A stretch of DNA of 64,000 bases from Lewinellaceae bacterium (GTDB taxonomy: Bacteria; Bacteroidota; Bacteroidia; Chitinophagales; Saprospiraceae), in the NCBI GenBank assembly GCA_024644235.1, contig JAHELJ010000001.1, positions 49,556-113,555 on the forward strand, read 5' to 3'. The notes under the pieces are model-generated. The model did no database searches. It had not been told where the DNA came from and saw only the letters and a program-made list of their open reading frames with translations. The position numbers were made by a program, and so were the translations under genes. Shown here piece by piece: positions 18,018 to 28,907 of this stretch. The stretch's first letter is position 1, and the number at the start of each line of letters is the position of its first letter.

Positions 18018-20027
18018 CTACTTGGCCACAATCACGTGCTCCGTTTTTGTCCCTTCACGGGTGGAAACTCTCACTACGTAGGTGCCGGCAGGATACCGTT
18101 CCATATTATAGGTCAGATTTTCTGCTTGTAGATTCTCATGCAAATCCATTTCGATGATCTTACCGGACATGTCGGCAATGACTACCGTGGTGTTGGTAGA
18201 TTTCTCAAAGGTGATATCCACCTTGATAAATTCGCTTGCCGGATTGGGATAGATCTTTACGGAGTTTTCCGGGAGTGGATTCTCATCTACAGCGGTCAAG
18301 AGCTCGAGATCGAAACCGATCGCCGCAATATTCTCTGCATAGGACGTATTCTGTGTGCTTAGCAATCTCCAGCCTCCAGCGGTTCCAAAACTTGGATAAT
18401 ATGCCAAGGTACTGATTTGCCAGAGTTTGAAGCTTCTACTAATCTCCTGGGCGATACTGTTAGCGGCGTCTTGATATCTTACGGCCACAAAATATTTGGT
18501 GGTTCCGTGGGCAGATCTGTTGGGCGAACTTCCCGGATCGATCACGACCGGACCTTCACCGGCTTCAAAATCAAAGACCTGGGCGTTGAACGGTCCGCCA
18601 TTTTCATCATCTTCCAATGAAAACTGGTAGCTTCCGATGCCAATGACATATCCGGCAATAACCATTTCATCAAGATCCATGTCAAAATCGAAATTCACCA
18701 GATCAACTTCTCCCGCTAAAATAAAGCCGTTTTGTTCCACTACTTCCTCAGGCAGCTTGATCACATAGATAATCACATTTTTTCCCACTAATGGATCATC
18801 ATCGGCAACGGAAAAAGCATCGAAGAAAACATTGCTTATTGTGAACGTCTCCGTGATCGAATTATCAAATTTGAAATAGTTCATGAAGGCAAAATCATCG
18901 AAGCCTGTCTGTGTCTGCCCCGTGAATCCAAATCCATCCCCCCCGGGTACCTTCCGGTAGGTAAGGTCTCTCACCACAAAGCCCTGGAAGTCTACATTGT
19001 CATCTGGTTTTACAACTTCCGGGAGTGTGTCCCCCTTACACCTGACATTATATACTACGTTGTAGTTGCTGTTTGCATCATTTTGCGGCAGCAATTCAGG
19101 AATCCAATGCCGGTCAAAATCCCAAATAATAGTGTCGCCCACCAACAGAGTGTCGATATAACCGGTGTCGGAGAAGACAACTTCAAGATTCTCATCTAAC
19201 ACCCTCACCACAAATTCAATGGAATCGAGTATGTCGCTATCGCCGAAGTTGGCAATCATCATCTCGAAGTCAGTGGTATCGTTTTCCAATCCCAAATCAG
19301 GGGTTTCAAAATTATTGATGTTGGTGAATTCCAGAATCGCAAGGTCTTTGCCTTTTTCACTGAAGAAACGTACGTCGTCGATCACCCAGAAATAGTATTC
19401 CCCTTCCCAGATAAATTTCACCGTGACATCGGACTGGCCTGCTGCGATCGATGAGATATCATATACCTTTATATCACGAGTGCTGGTCGCCTCGTTTGGA
19501 CCCACATCCTCATTCAGTACGATTATCGTGTCGGTAGTGCCGTTGCTGATGAGTACTGATGAGTTTGGTGTGGTGAAATCCGGCTCTCCGCTGTCTTTTG
19601 CGAAATAGCGGTAATACTGATAAAAAGTGAGCAAGACTCTGTCTTCTTCAGAAAAATCCAGACTTGGAGAACACAGCTCTGAGCGCTGTGGCGCTGGGGC
19701 AGGACCATTTGCAAAGTTACCTTGGATCCCGGCATTGTCCAGGCCATCGGAATCAAATAGAACTGCTCCTCCCCCCGATAAAGATGCAATTGCTAATTCA
19801 CCGGCATACGCTCCCGTCTCAGCCGTTCCATTAGGAGTGTGCACCCAAACTGCATTGGCAGCGGAATCTTGGACCAAAGAGCTGATCCCTACAGTCGTCC
19901 AGCCATCGAGTGAATCGTTGAAAGGGAAACTATAGATCGGATCTATTGAATCCTGTGCCTGGGCCGAAATCGCCATGAATAACATAGCTATGAGTGTGGT
20001 ATAGATGTTCATAGTAGATTTCAACAT
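18018..20027 (-). CDS. secreted protein of unknown function with type IX secretion C-terminal sorting domain (T9SS cargo)
   Basis: Signal peptide; C-terminal roughly 80 aa KIYPNPASEFIKVDITF...VIADMSGKII...YPAGTYVVRV match the Por_Secre_tail/CTD pattern; 669-aa β-rich body with no recognisable catalytic motif. Confidence 0.7.
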   Translation of the reverse strand: MLKSTMNIYTTLIAMLFMAISAQAQDSIDPIYSFPFNDSLDGWTTVGISSLVQDSAANAVWVHTPNGTAETGAYAGELAIASLSGGGAVLFDSDGLDNAGIQGNFANGPAPAPQRSELCSPSLDFSEEDRVLLTFYQYYRYFAKDSGEPDFTTPNSSVLISNGTTDTIIVLNEDVGPNEATSTRDIKVYDISSIAAGQSDVTVKFIWEGEYYFWVIDDVRFFSEKGKDLAILEFTNINNFETPDLGLENDTTDFEMMIANFGDSDILDSIEFVVRVLDENLEVVFSDTGYIDTLLVGDTIIWDFDRHWIPELLPQNDANSNYNVVYNVRCKGDTLPEVVKPDDNVDFQGFVVRDLTYRKVPGGDGFGFTGQTQTGFDDFAFMNYFKFDNSITETFTISNVFFDAFSVADDDPLVGKNVIIYVIKLPEEVVEQNGFILAGEVDLVNFDFDMDLDEMVIAGYVIGIGSYQFSLEDDENGGPFNAQVFDFEAGEGPVVIDPGSSPNRSAHGTTKYFVAVRYQDAANSIAQEISRSFKLWQISTLAYYPSFGTAGGWRLLSTQNTSYAENIAAIGFDLELLTAVDENPLPENSVKIYPNPASEFIKVDITFEKSTNTTVVIADMSGKIIEMDLHENLQAENLTYNMERYPAGTYVVRVSTREGTKTEHVIVAK

Positions 20028-20194
20028 AGTCGGAAAAAAATTGATGTATTAATGATTGATTAAGCCGCCAAATATATCAAATATGTATGAAGCCCTTCGG
20101 CTTTTAACAGGTTAGTGATAGCTTGTTTATACGATTCGGAATTGTAATGAAAACGGATCATTTGACCAAACGTTGCCATCTGCCACTGATCATA

Positions 20195-21181
20195 TCAAAC
20201 ATTTCCCATCTTAAACAACTCTTTCGAAAGGGGCACGACACCCGGATATTCGCAAATTATACTTCCACCTAAATTAGACCAATATGCAATTTCTTCCGGA
20301 GAACCTTTCGCTGCTGCAACTAAGGTAGCGACACTGATCACGGTATCACCAGCCCCACACACATCTCGTATGGCCCGTTTATGGGCTGGCAGAATTCGGG
20401 ATACTGATCCGTCGTCGTAAAATATTCCCCGATCCGCGAGGGTAACCAATACCAATTCACATTGCAATTTTTCGCGGACATAGGAGGCTGCTTTCGCCAG
20501 ACTCTGCTCACTGATCTCAACAATAAATGGTACAGCTGCCCGGAGTTCAAGTAGATTTGGTTTGAAAAGATTTGCACCACGGAAATCGAAGAAAGAATTG
20601 AATTTGGGATCAACACTGACCATAATATTATGCTCTTGAGCAAACCCACATATTTTTGAAATAAGTTCTCCGGTTAACACTCCCTTGTTGTAATCCTGAA
20701 GGAGCATCGCATCCGGATTTATCTCCTCTACACAAGATGTTATTGCAGCAAACAACATATCGATTTCATCTGTGGACAGATCATGATTGACCTCGCGATC
20801 CACTCTAAGCAGGTGCTGAGCACCAGCCATCACTCTGGTCTTGACAGTTGTGATCCTTTCCTTCGACCTAATAATATGGTCGGTATTTAGCTTATGAGAT
20901 TTGAGCAAGTCAATGAACTGCTGGCCTTCTTCCTCTTCGCCCACTATACTGCATAGTCTCGCAGTTGCACCCAGCTCATGGATGTTAAGCGCCACATTTG
21001 CCGCTCCACCCGGCCGGCTTTCGGAAGATTCATATTGCATAACCGGCACTGGTGCCTCTGGTGAAATCCGGGATACGCTTCCCAAGAGGTAGCGGTCAAT
21101 CATGACATCCCCAACCACCAATAACTTTAGCTGCTGAAACCTGCTCAGTAAAATATCCAGGTCATGATTACTCTTTTTCAT
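20195..21181 (-). CDS. D-glycero-β-D-manno-heptose-7-phosphate kinase (RfaE/HldE domain I only; PfkB fold)
   Basis: N-terminal LVVGDVMIDRYLLGSVSRISPEAPVPV is the RfaE domain-I hallmark; PfkB GAGD motif near the C-terminus; no adenylyltransferase domain, so this is the split form. Confidence 0.7.
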   Translation of the reverse strand: MKKSNHDLDILLSRFQQLKLLVVGDVMIDRYLLGSVSRISPEAPVPVMQYESSESRPGGAANVALNIHELGATARLCSIVGEEEEGQQFIDLLKSHKLNTDHIIRSKERITTVKTRVMAGAQHLLRVDREVNHDLSTDEIDMLFAAITSCVEEINPDAMLLQDYNKGVLTGELISKICGFAQEHNIMVSVDPKFNSFFDFRGANLFKPNLLELRAAVPFIVEISEQSLAKAASYVREKLQCELVLVTLADRGIFYDDGSVSRILPAHKRAIRDVCGAGDTVISVATLVAAAKGSPEEIAYWSNLGGSIICEYPGVVPLSKELFKMGNV

Positions 21182-22415
21182 GCAACAGATTTTCGGCTAC
21201 TAAGTAATCGATTATTTTCCGCGTGGCCCCTTTACTGGAGTATAGAAATGCTTTAAGTCCATGTTTTAGTGATTCATTTTTTACCTCATGTAAGAAATAA
21301 TTTGCTGCCTTTTGAAAATCACCGTTGGTCTCTACACTCCTTGCAACATCCAGGTCAATAAGTGCCTTGGCCTCCCGGAATTTTTGATGCCTGGGTCCAA
21401 AGATCACCGGTACCAGAGCCGCTGCAGGTTCCAAAATGCTGTGGATTCCCTGATCGAAGCCACCTCCCACAAACGCCAATTTTGCGTCGCGGTAGAGGTA
21501 TGCCAAATCGCCAACGGTGTCGACAAGTACTTTGCTCACTTCAGGTGATGGGCTTAAACGACTGAGACGTTGAGTCGAATCTCCAAGCTTATCTACCCAC
21601 CACGCCAAGGACTTATCATTGATTTCATGGGGTGCTACAATAGCTATGTAATTTTCCGAATCCAAGTGACCTAGAAAATCAGCAATGACGTCCCAGTCAG
21701 AAGGCCAGACACTTCCAAAAATGACGGCGTCCCGTTCTCCGGTGACTACTTCTAAGTCCGGGTATCGCTTCGTTTCGTTCTGCAATTGAAGTACCCGGTC
21801 TATTCTGGTATCTCCTACTACATCTATCTGGCTGATTTCTTTACTACCCAAACGTTGGGCTGTGAGCTCGTCCTGTAAGAAGATGTGATTCGCCCTTGAC
21901 AAAATATCTAGCAGCGATCTCGACCACGGTCGCAGCAAAAAGTGGTTTTCACTCATAACTACCGAAACATAGATGAACGGTATTGACCGGTGGTGCAGTT
22001 GATTGAGAAAATTGAACCAAAAATCATATTTGATAAAGATCGCACACCGGGGGTTGATCAAATGCAGAAATCGTATCGCATTGGCTCTGGTGTCAAGTGG
22101 CAGGTAAAGGATTTCGTCAACCAAGGGGTAGTTTTTCCTGATTTCAAATCCGCTGGGTGAAAAAAAGGTGAGTAGAATAGGCAGATTTGGGAATCGTTTC
22201 TTGATCTCTTCAATAAGGGGACGGCCCTGTTCAAATTCTCCCAGGGATGCACAATGAATCCACACAGGACGGTTCAATTTCTGACCAGCTGCGGTGGTGG
22301 CTGTCCACAGTCGGGAGCGACCTTGCCACCATCGTCGGGCTTTGGGTGAGAAAAGCCCAGCCAGCCTGATGGAGAAGCCGTAGACGTTAATCAATAAGTT
22401 ATAGACACTGAGCAA
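21168..22415 (-). CDS. waaA: 3-deoxy-D-manno-octulosonic acid (Kdo) transferase
   Basis: N-terminal Kdo-transferase domain (WIHCASLGEFEQGRPLIEEIKKRFPNLPILLTFFSPSG) plus C-terminal GT-B domain; 415 aa; overlaps the heptose kinase by 14 nt. Confidence 0.75.
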   Translation of the reverse strand: MLSVYNLLINVYGFSIRLAGLFSPKARRWWQGRSRLWTATTAAGQKLNRPVWIHCASLGEFEQGRPLIEEIKKRFPNLPILLTFFSPSGFEIRKNYPLVDEILYLPLDTRANAIRFLHLINPRCAIFIKYDFWFNFLNQLHHRSIPFIYVSVVMSENHFLLRPWSRSLLDILSRANHIFLQDELTAQRLGSKEISQIDVVGDTRIDRVLQLQNETKRYPDLEVVTGERDAVIFGSVWPSDWDVIADFLGHLDSENYIAIVAPHEINDKSLAWWVDKLGDSTQRLSRLSPSPEVSKVLVDTVGDLAYLYRDAKLAFVGGGFDQGIHSILEPAAALVPVIFGPRHQKFREAKALIDLDVARSVETNGDFQKAANYFLHEVKNESLKHGLKAFLYSSKGATRKIIDYLVAENLLHEKE

Positions 22416-22430
22416 CTAACTGCAATTTCA

Positions 22431-23180
22431 CTAATAGTAAACTATTTTCTCTTCCAAGAGGATCGGAAACATCCAACCGACCCTGATCCCGGTCAGAAGG
22501 TCAAAACGACTATCCTCATCAAACGATGCCAGATCGTAGTTGAATCGTCGCTGGTTTTTGGTAAACCCTTCCACCAGGTCGATCCCGACGAAAAAGTTTA
22601 GCATCTCATCCTTGCCCAAATGCAGATAACCGATGTGTTGGGCAAATGCCAGGCCCATTGTCAACCTATCGTAGCCTTTATCATAGGGTGAAGCCAGTTG
22701 CGTCACCGAGTCGAAATCATCCACGAATCTGATTTTGTGAGCAAGGAGACCGCCTCCAGCTGCCAGGAGTAAGCCGCTTCTCCGGTTTTGATCAGGTTTA
22801 AAAGGAATAAGAACCCCCGCCAACCCAACGACATACTGGCCCCGCTCCCGTTGGAATATGTTGGCAAATTGCATGTCTCTCCCCACGATCAGTCCCTCAG
22901 CAGTCCGTAAGCTCGCAAGAGCATCCTCCTTGACGTCAGTACCAAAGAGGAAGTTGTAATTGACAGACAGAAAAATACCCTGCTGAGCCAGATAGGAAAT
23001 ACTCCCTCCCAAGTTAAAGTTCATCCCGAATCTTTCTGCCAGATCAACACCGGGTAAATGAGCACCATAATGCAGCCCGACCAAAACTGTTGGAATCCCT
23101 TCATCCTCCTGAGCAAATGAATGATCTACAAAGGCATAAACCAGGCAAATGGTAATCAGTAAATTTTTGATCCTTATCAC
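22431..23180 (-). CDS. uncharacterised signal-peptide protein, probably outer-membrane β-barrel, embedded in the LPS block
   Basis: Signal peptide (LVYAFVDHSFAQ); alternating hydrophobic β-strand pattern; C-terminal aromatic (IVYY); 249 aa; no identifiable motif. Confidence 0.3.
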   Translation of the reverse strand: MIRIKNLLITICLVYAFVDHSFAQEDEGIPTVLVGLHYGAHLPGVDLAERFGMNFNLGGSISYLAQQGIFLSVNYNFLFGTDVKEDALASLRTAEGLIVGRDMQFANIFQRERGQYVVGLAGVLIPFKPDQNRRSGLLLAAGGGLLAHKIRFVDDFDSVTQLASPYDKGYDRLTMGLAFAQHIGYLHLGKDEMLNFFVGIDLVEGFTKNQRRFNYDLASFDEDSRFDLLTGIRVGWMFPILLEEKIVYY

Positions 23181-23410
23181 AGCCCGTAAAAATAATCATT
23201 TGGGTCCCGTTCTTCCCTGAATGTGTCCCATTCAGAAAGGCGAACTTCTAGGTAATGGAGTTGTATCGGTCAGAGGATTTATGAGGAAATGTGAATGCGA
23301 TTGATGCCTTGACTTTGTTGATTAGAGGCAACGACCTGCCGGATGGTCAGGGACTCAAATTAAAGACCAATTCTTTGGCTATTTTAGCGCAGCAAATCAA
23401 GCAGCCGCAG

Positions 23411-24355
23411 GTGAAGCAAAGGATTTTAATCACGGGAGCAGCGGGTTTCTTAGGATCGCACCTTTGCGATCGGTTTTTGGCGGAGGGTTATCATGTCATT
23501 GCCATGGATAATCTACTCACGGGCAGGAAAGACAACCTAGCTCACCACTTTCCTAAACCTGATTTTGAATTTTACTTTCACGATGTGACCAAGTTTGTCC
23601 ATGTGCCGGGTAAGCTGGACTATATACTGCACTTTGCATCACCTGCCAGCCCAATAGATTATCTGAAGATGCCGATCCATACCTTGAAAGTAGGCTCGTT
23701 GGGTACCCATAATTTGCTGGGGTTGGCTAAAGACAAGGGTGCGCGTGTACTCATTGCCTCCACATCGGAAGTTTACGGTGATCCTTTGGTCCATCCACAA
23801 CACGAAGGGTACTGGGGTAACGTAAATCCAGTGGGTCCTCGAGGTGTCTACGACGAGGCCAAACGATTTCAGGAGGCGATGACCATGGCTTATCATAACG
23901 CTCATGGAGTAGAGACGCGAATTGTTCGCATTTTCAATACCTACGGACCACGAATGAGATTGAATGATGGAAGGGCCTTACCGACTTTCATGGCCCAGGC
24001 ACTAAGGGGACAGAAACTGACGATATTTGGTGATGGATCACAGACCCGTTCCTTCTGTTTTGTTGATGATCTGATCGAAGGGATATTCCGTTTACTACAT
24101 AGCAGTTATCATCAACCGGTAAATATTGGCAATCCGACCGAGATTACTGTCAAACAACTTGCTGAAGAGATCATCGAATTGGTCGGCAATCCTGATGCCG
24201 GGATTGTTTACGAACCTCTACCAATCGATGATCCAAAAATTCGACAGCCGGATACCACCCTGGCCAAACAACTGCTTGACTGGGAGCCTAGGATCGACCG
24301 CAAGGAAGGACTTAAGCTTACCTTAAAATATTTCAAATCAGTGATCAATGAGTGA
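23411..24355 (+). CDS. UDP-glucuronate decarboxylase (UDP-xylose synthase), SDR family
   Basis: GTG start gives the classic [18 protein letters not shown] Rossmann N-terminus; UXS-like YxxxK region and length about 314 aa. The ORF track extends to 23291, but the extra 40 aa are atypical. Confidence 0.7.
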   Translation: MKQRILITGAAGFLGSHLCDRFLAEGYHVIAMDNLLTGRKDNLAHHFPKPDFEFYFHDVTKFVHVPGKLDYILHFASPASPIDYLKMPIHTLKVGSLGTHNLLGLAKDKGARVLIASTSEVYGDPLVHPQHEGYWGNVNPVGPRGVYDEAKRFQEAMTMAYHNAHGVETRIVRIFNTYGPRMRLNDGRALPTFMAQALRGQKLTIFGDGSQTRSFCFVDDLIEGIFRLLHSSYHQPVNIGNPTEITVKQLAEEIIELVGNPDAGIVYEPLPIDDPKIRQPDTTLAKQLLDWEPRIDRKEGLKLTLKYFKSVINE

Positions 24356-25418
24356 TCGTAGATTTCAGACTATCCTGATTACAGGAGGAGCTGGTTTTAT
24401 TGGCAGCCATGTGGTCAGACATTTTGTGAAGAAATATCCGTCATGCCAGATCGTCAACCTGGATAAGCTTACCTACTCGGGCAATTTGGAGAGTCTTAAA
24501 GATTTGGAAGCGGAAGATAATTACCACTTCGTAAAGGGATGTATCACGGATGAGCCCTTCATCAAGAAAGTGTTTGAAGACCACAGGCCAGAGCTGGTGC
24601 TTCATCTGGCGGCAGAATCACATGTAGATCGTTCCATACTCGATCCATTGGAATTTGTTCGTACCAATGTGCTTGGGACAGTCAATCTGCTGAACGTAGC
24701 CCGAGATGCCTGGGAAAACAAATCCACAGGTTTATTCTACCTAATTTCAACTGATGAAGTCTTTGGCAGCCTCGGGCCATCCGGGTTTTTCAATGAGGAT
24801 ACGCCTTATGACCCCCGGTCTCCCTACAGTGCCAGTAAAGCCAGCGCTGATCATTTTGCTCGGGCGTACCATCACACTTATCAATTGCCAATATTAATAT
24901 CCAACTGTTCTAATAACTACGGTCCCTACCAATTTCCGGAAAAACTGATCCCACTGATGATCAACAATGTCCTGGATGCAAAGGCACTTCCAGTTTATGG
25001 TGATGGCAAGAATGTCAGAGATTGGCTCTATGTCCAGGACCATGTGGAAGCGATCGACTTGTTGGCTCACCGTGGCGAAATAGCACATACTTATAATATT
25101 GGTGGCTGGAACGAATGTACCAATATCGACCTGGTGGAGATGCTTTGTGATTTGATGGATGAGAAGTTGGAGAAGGCTCGTGGTACTTCCCGGTCTCTAA
25201 TCAGTTTTGTGAAGGATCGTCCTGGTCATGATCGGAGATATGCGATAGATTCCAGTAAGATACATCATGCTTTCGGCTGGAAGCCTACTAAAGATTTACA
25301 GGAGGGATTATCTTTAACGATCGACTGGTACTTGTCTAATCGGTCGTGGCTGAAGCAGGTGACCAGCGGAGCTTATCAGAAATATTACAGTGAAATGTAT
25401 AAAGCACAGGAGTTATGA
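24348..25418 (+). CDS. rfbB: dTDP-glucose 4,6-dehydratase
   Basis: [13 protein letters not shown], catalytic YSASKA, RfbB-specific C-terminal region; 356 aa. Confidence 0.85.
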   Translation: MSDRRFQTILITGGAGFIGSHVVRHFVKKYPSCQIVNLDKLTYSGNLESLKDLEAEDNYHFVKGCITDEPFIKKVFEDHRPELVLHLAAESHVDRSILDPLEFVRTNVLGTVNLLNVARDAWENKSTGLFYLISTDEVFGSLGPSGFFNEDTPYDPRSPYSASKASADHFARAYHHTYQLPILISNCSNNYGPYQFPEKLIPLMINNVLDAKALPVYGDGKNVRDWLYVQDHVEAIDLLAHRGEIAHTYNIGGWNECTNIDLVEMLCDLMDEKLEKARGTSRSLISFVKDRPGHDRRYAIDSSKIHHAFGWKPTKDLQEGLSLTIDWYLSNRSWLKQVTSGAYQKYYSEMYKAQEL

Positions 25419-28162
25419 TTCGAGGATTGCTTGCTTTGTTATTGGTCAGTTGCAGTGTGGCATTAGTGGTGCAGGCACAAGTTACCGATTCTCTGATCAG
25501 ACAGGAATTGGCGGCAAGAGGAATCAGCGAGCAGATCTTTCTGGAGAAAATGAGGGCTAGGGGAGTGGACTACACCAGTGTCGAGCAAATTCCACCCGGA
25601 GAGATCGAGAATCTTCAAACCATAGTCCAGGAAGTAATCAGTGAAATTGAATCTGAACGGACAGAAGAGCTGCCACCAGTCATCTCAGAAGACATTCCTT
25701 CCGGTCCCACAAATCCTAACCCCGACGATAACAGAGAATCAGTTCGTGAAAATGTTCAGGATGCACTAAGCGAGGGTGCGAGTATTGAGGAAGCAGTTGC
25801 GGAAGAAGTGATTGAAGCCCAGCCGAATCTACCACCGGCCAAAATCTACGGCCAGGATATCTTTCGCAATGGAACTTTGAAAGTGTTCAGACAAGCTGAC
25901 AACATCAAAGCTCGAAGTTCCTACGTTCTTGGACCTTCTGATGAAATTACCATCTCAATCTATGGAACCTCTATCTATGAGAATACCTTTATGATTGATG
26001 CCAATGGTTACATCAAACCTTCTCTGATGCCCCGGATTTATCTGAAAGGGCTCAGCTTCGAAGCAGCTACCAGGAAGTTGAGGACGACTTTTTCCAGATT
26101 TTATCGATTTACAACTGAAGAGTTTGAGGTTTCACTACGACATGCCCGCACGATTTCCATCGGCATTTTTGGTGAGGTATTTAATCCTGGCACATACACC
26201 ATTTCCTCGATTAATTCTGCGTTTAATGCCATTGTGGCATCTGGTGGTCCGACTGACATTGGGACCATCCGTAATATTAAATGGATCAGGGAGGATGGTG
26301 AGATGGAGAAGATAGATGTATATGAATACATGAATGATCCGACAGTGGCCGAGTCTTTCTATTTGAGCGAAAATGATATTATTCAGGTGCCCATTGCCGA
26401 AAGAGTTGTGTCCATTCAAGGTGCAGTTAACCGGCCAATGCGATTTGAACTGATAGAGGATGAACAATTGAACAAACTGATTGAATATGCTGGGGGTTTG
26501 ACTTCGAATGCCTACCGGCAATTGATGCAGGTCAGACGCTTTGAAAATGATCAGCAGAAGGTGTTGGATGTTAGCTATAGGGACCTTGTGAGTAGAGGTG
26601 GTGACTTCACACTGCAAAACGGTGACGTGATCTTAGTAAGAACGATACCGGCCCCTTATCGCAATTACGTCGAGATCAATGGCGCTGTGTTATTGCCGGG
26701 TGAATACGAGTTTGAAGATGGAATGCGAGTGCTCGATCTGGTACAAAAAGGACAGTTGGAAGAAGAAGCAGAAAGATCGGAAGTTTATCTACGCAGGAGT
26801 AATCTAGATGGTACTTATGATTTCAATAGGATCAGATTGGAGGAAGTCTTAAACAACAGTAGCTCTCCCGATAATGTGCTCCTGACTCCTGGTGATCAGA
26901 TTACCGTTTACCGGCGTTCTCAATATGTGGATCAATATAATGTGACAGTGTCGGGTGCGGTACGAAATCCGGGATCTTTTGCCTATGACCCCTCATCCAC
27001 AATGCGGGTGCGTGACCTCATACAATTGGCGGGAGGGTTGCAGGCGGAAGCTACCGAGTTTGGATACCTAACCCGATCGAACCTGGCTACCAACGAACCC
27101 GAATATATCCGGATAAATATTGGTGAAGTAATCGGGAATCCGGCATCAAATGACAATATAATCCTTCAGGCACAGGACCAGTTGCTGGTGCAAAATCAGG
27201 CTGCTTTCATTGAGGAGGCTACTTTGCGGGTAGCCGGAGCAGTAAGATCACCAGGTACCTACAGATACGACGCGTCGATGACGCTACGAGATCTGATTAC
27301 CCTGGCAAATGGTCTGAGGTTGGAAGCAGCCTCCAACCGGGTGGAAGTATCCCGAATTGTAATTGAGGAAAATGAACCTACGGCAACAGTGATCGCCACC
27401 TTATCACTTGATGAAAATCTCAACCCAATTGGTGACCCCGGATTTGCACTGCAGCCGTATGACCAGGTCTTCGTACGAACAGTGCCGGAATTTGAATTTC
27501 AGAAGACAGTGTATTTGTCTGGGGAGATCCGCTTCCCCGGGCCCTATACCTTGATCACTGACAATGAGCGCATCACGAGTGTGATCAGAAGAGCCGGAGG
27601 TGTTACCCAGGAGGGATTTCCCGAGGGGGCCACCCTCGTAAGATCACAACAAGACATTGGCCCGATAGTGATACAACTACATGAAGTTTTGCAGAACGAT
27701 CGAAGTGAATCCAATATCATTCTCCAGGATGGAGATGTGATTGATATACCGAAGATTAAAGACATCGTCACCCTTCGCGGGGCGATAAACACCTCCGAGT
27801 TGTACCGTACCGAGCTCATCGGGCCCAATAATACAGTGAACGTGATCTACGATGGAAACCGATCTGCGCGATATTATATTGATCAGTTTGCCGGGGGCTT
27901 TTCTAAGAATGGCGACAAGTCAATGGTTACAGTAGAGTATCCCAATGGAGAGATCAGGAAAAGCAAATCTATTGGACCTTTCAGAGTATATCCAAAGGTT
28001 GAAAAAGGGGCAGTTGTTCAAGTCGGTACTAAGCCGGTGAAGGAAGATTCAGTTCCTGGAGAACGAGAAGAAGTGGATTGGGGCAGAGTGTTATCTGATG
28101 CCGTTGCACAAGCTACGGCGGTACTCACTCTGATACTTCTCCTTGACCGGGCTTCTCAATGA
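25415..28162 (+). CDS. polysaccharide biosynthesis/export protein, Wza/BexD-like with multiple SLBB domains
   Basis: Signal peptide; Poly_export-like segment then at least five recurring SLBB-type repeats (pattern GAVxxPGxY...DLIxLAGGL); hydrophobic C-terminal helix; 915 aa. Confidence 0.65.
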   Translation: MIRGLLALLLVSCSVALVVQAQVTDSLIRQELAARGISEQIFLEKMRARGVDYTSVEQIPPGEIENLQTIVQEVISEIESERTEELPPVISEDIPSGPTNPNPDDNRESVRENVQDALSEGASIEEAVAEEVIEAQPNLPPAKIYGQDIFRNGTLKVFRQADNIKARSSYVLGPSDEITISIYGTSIYENTFMIDANGYIKPSLMPRIYLKGLSFEAATRKLRTTFSRFYRFTTEEFEVSLRHARTISIGIFGEVFNPGTYTISSINSAFNAIVASGGPTDIGTIRNIKWIREDGEMEKIDVYEYMNDPTVAESFYLSENDIIQVPIAERVVSIQGAVNRPMRFELIEDEQLNKLIEYAGGLTSNAYRQLMQVRRFENDQQKVLDVSYRDLVSRGGDFTLQNGDVILVRTIPAPYRNYVEINGAVLLPGEYEFEDGMRVLDLVQKGQLEEEAERSEVYLRRSNLDGTYDFNRIRLEEVLNNSSSPDNVLLTPGDQITVYRRSQYVDQYNVTVSGAVRNPGSFAYDPSSTMRVRDLIQLAGGLQAEATEFGYLTRSNLATNEPEYIRINIGEVIGNPASNDNIILQAQDQLLVQNQAAFIEEATLRVAGAVRSPGTYRYDASMTLRDLITLANGLRLEAASNRVEVSRIVIEENEPTATVIATLSLDENLNPIGDPGFALQPYDQVFVRTVPEFEFQKTVYLSGEIRFPGPYTLITDNERITSVIRRAGGVTQEGFPEGATLVRSQQDIGPIVIQLHEVLQNDRSESNIILQDGDVIDIPKIKDIVTLRGAINTSELYRTELIGPNNTVNVIYDGNRSARYYIDQFAGGFSKNGDKSMVTVEYPNGEIRKSKSIGPFRVYPKVEKGAVVQVGTKPVKEDSVPGEREEVDWGRVLSDAVAQATAVLTLILLLDRASQ

Positions 28163-28169
28163 TGTAATC

Positions 28170-28907
28170 ATGAAGAAAATTATTGGGCGAAAACCTGTAG
28201 TAGAAGCACTCCGTTCCGATACGCAATTGGAGCGAGTCTATATTCTTGACAGCCTACATGGACCATTCGAGAAAGAGGTGAGAAGACTTTGTAAAGAGAA
28301 AGAAGTAGCCCTGAGTAGAATTCCCAAAGCTAAATTAGACAGAGAAGTAAAAGGCAATCACCAGGGTATTTATGCGTTGGCCTCCCTGATCAACTATCTG
28401 CGTTTAGAGGATCTGTTGCCGTTCCTGTTTGAGAAAGGAACCGATCCCTTGATCTTAGTATTGGATGGGATACAGGATATCCGCAACCTGGGAGCAATTG
28501 CCCGCTCTGCAGAAGTTTTTGGGGCTGACGCGCTGATAATTCCTGCAAAAAGGGGAGCTCAGATTAACGAATTCGCCATCAAAGCTTCGGCAGGTGCCCT
28601 TACCAAATTGGCGGTGAGCAGAGTACCTACCCTATCTTGGGCGTTGGATTATCTCAAGCAGTCGGGGTTTCAGTTGGCTGGTGCCGTTTTGGAGACGGAG
28701 ACAGAGTTGGATTCCCTTCAGATCAAGGGTCCAACAGTGATCGTCTTGGGATCGGAAGAAAAAGGAATCGATCGTAACCTGCTCGGCGAACTGGATCTGA
28801 CATTCACGATTCCCCAGTTTGGCAAACTCGATTCACTTAATGTGTCGGTGGCAGCTGGTATTATACTATATGAGTTTAGCAAAAAGCGACAAGTAGTAAA
28901 AAAATGA
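28170..28907 (+). CDS. SpoU/TrmH-family RNA 2'-O-methyltransferase (RlmB-like)
   Basis: N-terminal L30e-like substrate-binding domain, SPOUT motifs (LVLDGIQDIRNLGAIARSAEVFGA; VLGSEEKGI; LNVSVAAGIILYE). Confidence 0.75.
   Translation: MKKIIGRKPVVEALRSDTQLERVYILDSLHGPFEKEVRRLCKEKEVALSRIPKAKLDREVKGNHQGIYALASLINYLRLEDLLPFLFEKGTDPLILVLDGIQDIRNLGAIARSAEVFGADALIIPAKRGAQINEFAIKASAGALTKLAVSRVPTLSWALDYLKQSGFQLAGAVLETETELDSLQIKGPTVIVLGSEEKGIDRNLLGELDLTFTIPQFGKLDSLNVSVAAGIILYEFSKKRQVVKK

Noticed and set aside
20089-20105. AAGCC-cttc-GGCTT hairpin in the rfaE/T9SS-cargo intergenic region
   Set aside because: The U-run is on the + strand, where no upstream gene exists. On the minus strand, where rfaE ends, there is no U-run. 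It is probably incidental or part of the cargo-gene promoter region.
23291-23410. Extra 40 N-terminal codons on the UDP-xylose synthase ORF
   Set aside because: A GTG at 23411 yields the canonical [13 protein letters not shown]-terminus. The upstream extension is non-homologous and probably non-coding.
25415-28162. Suspicion that the 915-aa export protein is a mis-assembled fusion of two genes
   Set aside because: The frame is continuous with repeated, similarly spaced SLBB-like units and a single signal peptide. No internal start/stop signature or domain discontinuity is visible.
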